64,000 nt of DNA, taken from positions 87,358,001 to 87,422,000 of the forward strand of contig CM060731.1 in the NCBI GenBank assembly GCA_030704615.1, written 5' to 3'. A program made the translations under genes and the position numbers. The notes under the pieces were generated by a model. The model did no database searches. It worked only from the letters and a program-made list of their open reading frames with translations, and was not told the DNA's origin. Positions 59,801 to 64,000 of this stretch are shown here, piece after piece. Position 1 is the stretch's first letter, and the number at the start of each line of letters is the position of its first letter. The DNA comes from Takakia lepidozioides. Its lineage: Eukaryota; Plantae; Bryophyta.

Positions 59801-60592
59801 TTCAACCTATCGAAATATGTTTGAACCCTCTGCCTATTTTCCTGCTTGATGGCATCTATTCGCAGCCTGATTTCTGCCAGATCAATGACACCAAATTTTG
59901 CAGCTATGGCTGTTCTGAAGTCCTCCCAGTTGTCTGGTCTAGGGTTTTGTTTGCGATACCACTCATCAGCTTTGGCCCTCAGATTTAGCCTTGCCACTTT
60001 GAAGGTTTTGTCCTCATTCAGATCCCTCACATCTGCCTCCATTTGAATTCTCTCCAACCAGTCATTCACGTCCTCACTATTCCTACCATAATAAGGTACA
60101 TCTACACTAGTAGGACTAGTCGTTCTTCTACCTTACAACTTGGAAGCTAAGCTGATTGGTTATCTAATGCGCTCTAAATTCTCTCTACAGGAACTCTAGT
60201 TCTGACCTCTATACCATTCCCCACTGTCCATTTCTTAGCATCTCTACTCTACCTCCCCATGTCACTTCTCGTGCCATGGTATTGATCTTCTCCCATCTTC
60301 CCTGTTCACGAACCCACAGTGCTATGCTGGTCCTACCACCAGCATGTATCACCCTAAGGCACAAGTCACCATCAATGATTCTCCAAGCAGGGTTAAAGAA
60401 ATACAAACGTGGTTCAGCATATGCATTTGCTGAGCGTCGGCTGAAGCAGATTAGCACATCCCCTATACTTGGCTCGTCAGGAATCAAGGTGTGGTCTCTT
60501 CCTGCCATCAAGCTTGCATTAGTTCTACACAGAAAATCCTACTTTATATAGCTCAGATTTGGTTCCTTGGAACCAGCGAATCTCTGATACCA
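56809..60592 (-). mobile_element. Truncated, decayed Ty3/gypsy element (PBS, gag, protease, RT)
   Basis: PBS TGGTATCAGAG at 60582-60592 (minus strand); gag 58732-60069 with three Zn knuckles; QIDTGA protease; RT ...MPFGLKNA...FVDDINIHS. Cut off before RNase H. Confidence 0.9.
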
Positions 60593-63230
60593 AAAGATGG
60601 GGCATAAATCCCCCATCTAGCTAACGTATAAAGCTGTTTGTACAACTATCCTTGCTATTGACTAGACACACACCCTTATTTATGTTTTCTAAGTTGTTAA
60701 GAACCTACCTAATTTTATCCAGGGTCAGTTTATGACCAGAGACGGTATACCCCATTCACGCCGCAGCGGAAGGGAAGACATGAACAGGGCTTATGCCAAC
60801 TTAGACTGTTGGTTCTCTTTCACCATAAATCATTACCTATGCCAAGGTTACTATTCCTGATGTTTCAACACACATATCATACCAGCATGTATTCAGTCAT
60901 GTAAAGCATACACTTGCTTGGTGATTGTAAGGTAGATGCATGTTTATGCATCAAGTTTTCCAGTTTGATGGTTAAACTACAATCACCTCAGGGTTTTCCA
61001 AATAGCTCCTCTCTATGTCAATCCTCTGTTACCTCTTTTGCCAAATAGATCTCCCTTTCATCCACTCTGTTTTTCTTTTCTCACAACTGGAGCAACAGAA
61101 CTACCACTTACTGAATGCACACAGAGTCAAAGGATGTGTTTCACTGCAGTCAGCTCATGGTGTTTCCACTTTCTCACCTTACGCCTCCTTTGCTCCCCAT
61201 TTTACTGAAGATTCTCTCCCCCTTCCACATGATCTTCTCTTCTCACCAAGGATTGGCTGAATTCACAATGTAAACAGAACGATGCAACTCTTTCTACATG
61301 CAAATGCAGTTTCCCAAACAGGCATCCAGTGGTGTCACTTTTCAGAGATCATCCGTGAGCACAAGACAAACCGCATTCTTTCTTGAAGTCCCTCTCTTCC
61401 CTCCATCTCAATCTACACAGTCTGCATTCTTTTTCAGTCCTTGGACCCTTCAGTAACAACTACAACATTCAAAGGCAAGACTGTACGTCTATTGGTTGTT
61501 TGTGACAGATCCAACAGTGACTCTATGAACTTTAGAATCTATCTTCAACTTACTAGATGCTACTGTGAACAGCATTTTCACACTCATTCCTCTATCATTT
61601 GCACGCTTAATCCTTAAAATGATCTTGGAAACAACAGATCCCACTACTCTGTTCCAACAATTCAAAGTTGTAGATGTAATCCTTATCTAAAACCCTAAAA
61701 CGAATTTCAATCCATACTCACAACTCTGAAACCAAAGCATCAACAACATAAACAATACTATGCACTCAGTAATTCTATGACTGCTACACCGCCCTTCAAT
61801 CAACATTCCCAAAGACACTTGCATTGGCTCCCATTCCCTCAACACCTCACTGGTCTGAAATCCCTGCCACCATTCCATTTCATTTTTCTTTTAAACATTA
61901 CAGCCTCTCCCACCTTCTTCAGAGGCCCCTTAGTAAAGAAAAACATCTCTAACTTCCACAGTCCCAAACAGAAGACCAAAACTTCATCTTACTTAGTTGC
62001 TTTATACTTGGGACCAGCCGGTGGAGCTCCCTGCCCATCCTCGTCTATACATCCTCGTCAGCAGCTATCTTGGTATCTGCCGCTTGCTGCTACCTACGAC
62101 GCTTCTCTAGTGGCAAGAGTCATCAAGCCATGGCTCTGCCTTCAGCAAACCCTAGTTAATTCATAAAACATTGATGGCACTGCTTACATCCGTGGCAGCA
62201 GTACAAACAGATAAGCTGCTCCGCTATCTACCCTTTATCTTCCTGCCCTACTTGCTAATTAAGTCACTTCTTAAAGCAAGTTACAAGATGGCAGAATGAA
62301 CGATACAACTAACTGTTCACAATCCCACTTAGTATCAGCTCGTAGCAGCAGCCGCATTGATCCCTTGCAAACCCAGATTCCAGTGAGCTCAGGTCACCCT
62401 TCAATTCTTGATGGCATTGCTCCCCTGTGGCAGGTGCACAATTACAAGAGCTGCTGCTGCTCCACATGCTTTACTCATTCCCTGCCTTCATTGCTGCTAA
62501 TCAACCCATCTCGGGAACCAAACTATAGGTGAAAACCACAAAAATCGCAGCAGCACACCAGATCCTTCTTGCTCAATCCTTCACCCATAGTAAGGCTAAC
62601 TGCAGTCATCTCCCGTGTCAACACCAATCGAGGCAGCGCGCATCACTGTTCTCTGCTCCGGTGTGGCACCATGTGACCACGCTGCTCCCCTTTGTGAGCT
62701 TATCTTCCAGCAAGTCCACTATCAAGGATCCATCAAGACGGCGACGACACCGCTTCGCTGCACAGATTACAATGCTGCCCCACCTGTCTTATTACCATTA
62801 TACCAACTAGTTCACTTCCAATCAATAAGTGATGAGACCGCAGGGTAAACTTGATCACATTCTATTCACATCCCTGCCAGTCCATTGTTTGCCGCATCAA
62901 TATTGATCCCCTGCACATCTAGCTTCCAGCAAGCCTTGGCTACTCCTTCAAACATGACGGCGTTGCTCCTTCCGCTGGGCAGACTCATAGTTAACCCCCC
63001 TTCTCAGAATAACCACAAGTTGACAAAAATCGCAGCAACATCCCGAGTCTCCTATTGCTCTACTCGGCACACATAGTCAAGTATAATGCAGGCTCCTCGT
63101 GACCAAGCTGCTTCCTCGTGCTTATCTTCCAGCAAGTTCCACAGCAAGTATGCATCAAGATGAAATGACACCGCTTCTTTTCTGTGGATCCTGCACAGTT
63201 CACCAAGCTGCCCCCCTTGTCCCCCCATTA

Positions 63231-63600
63231 CACTCCAATAGATTGCGGCTTTTACGACTCTGTGTTATGACTGCAAATGCAGTTATGAAAGCCATTTACG
63301 ACTTCATGACTTTACAGTCGTAAAACCCTAGTCAGTTGTGGCATGGCAGATATGACTCGCCAGCCTGGCTGTGACGTGGCGCCTGAGCAGCTGTGGGGTA
63401 GTCATACACGCTGGCTTTACTAAATGACTGAACGGGTCCATGTCAGCCGCTGTGTAAGAAAGACACGTGCTCTCTACAGAACACGCCACGTGTCAGACTG
63501 CGATGCCATCCCAACTGCAGAGGAGGGAATCAGACGTCAACACGTGTCGCATCGCGATTTTGACACGTGGTTCCTCATATCAATTGACACGCGTCGCTGT
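63231..63600. mobile_element. Left end of a CACTA element (family of 1-103)
   Basis: cactccaatagattgcggcttttacgact is close to the reverse complement of 76-103, followed by ATGACT motifs. The right limit is uncertain. Confidence 0.65.
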
Positions 63601-63631
63601 GGGGAGGGGGGTTGGGGATTTAATTTATTGT

Positions 63632-63672
63632 TATAATAATAATAATAATTATTATTATTATTATTATTATTA
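63632..63672. repeat. (AAT)n(ATT)n microsatellite, self-complementary
   Basis: taataataataataattattattattattattattatta. Confidence 0.9.
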
Positions 63673-64000
63673 CTTTTGAGACCAACAGGGGACAGTGCAC
63701 ATTATTAAATAACGAATTTTGAAAGTATATTCTTAGATAAATATTTATTCGCTCAGATACAAAACACACCCTTACGGGGAAGAGAGTTTGCCTCGTGCCT
63801 TGCTGAATTGCGTCTGCTACTCTCTGTAATCTAACAGGCTTCACTTTTTGCCTCTGTTGTCCCACATTGACTGGGGTCAGAAAAGTTCATTCCACAACTT
63901 CTCCTCATCTCTGTTACCTGTTTATGGATACTTTCCTATTGTCACTTTGGCAGTATCATGTCAAAGTCACTCAAAAACTATCTACCATTCTACCCATGAT

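Noticed and set aside
60593-63230. Defined LTR of the minus-strand gypsy element, and a degenerate ~450-bp duplication at about 62540-63225
   Set aside because: No second LTR or clean TG...CA boundary is present, and the duplication is too diverged to delimit by eye.

Overview
This window is transposon-dense eukaryotic DNA with no ordinary host gene. Short GT-AG introns, tRNA-iMet-primed Ty3/gypsy elements and CACTA elements suggest a land plant, possibly a non-seed plant (inference). The main find is two diverged copies of a large Mutator-like DNA transposon: E1 (3671-12254, internally deleted) and E2 (30125-52323, about 15 kb without its nested retroelement). Each carries a DDE + SWIM transposase (GCM-like N-terminal domain retained only in E2) head-to-head with an 8-intron gene fusing a ParB/Srx domain to a beta-class DNA amino-methyltransferase fold. 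The non-coding DNA of each copy holds many copies of its own palindrome, spaced close to whole helical turns, and both copies are followed by GTTCCG. E2 sits in the 3' LTR of chromovirus LTR-A (23400-52528, TSD GGATG) and itself hosts a sister chromovirus, LTR-B (35392-42326). LTR-A interrupts a third, decayed minus-strand unit (E3, about 17.2-56.8 kb). E3 has three FCP1/NIF-like HAD domains, a possible MTase fold, a possible TET/JBP-like dioxygenase and its own dispersed palindromes. The rest is truncated gypsy and CACTA remnants. Many 1-bp frameshifts in E2 and LTR-B may be consensus errors. All domain calls come from motif recognition by eye and need HMM or structure confirmation.
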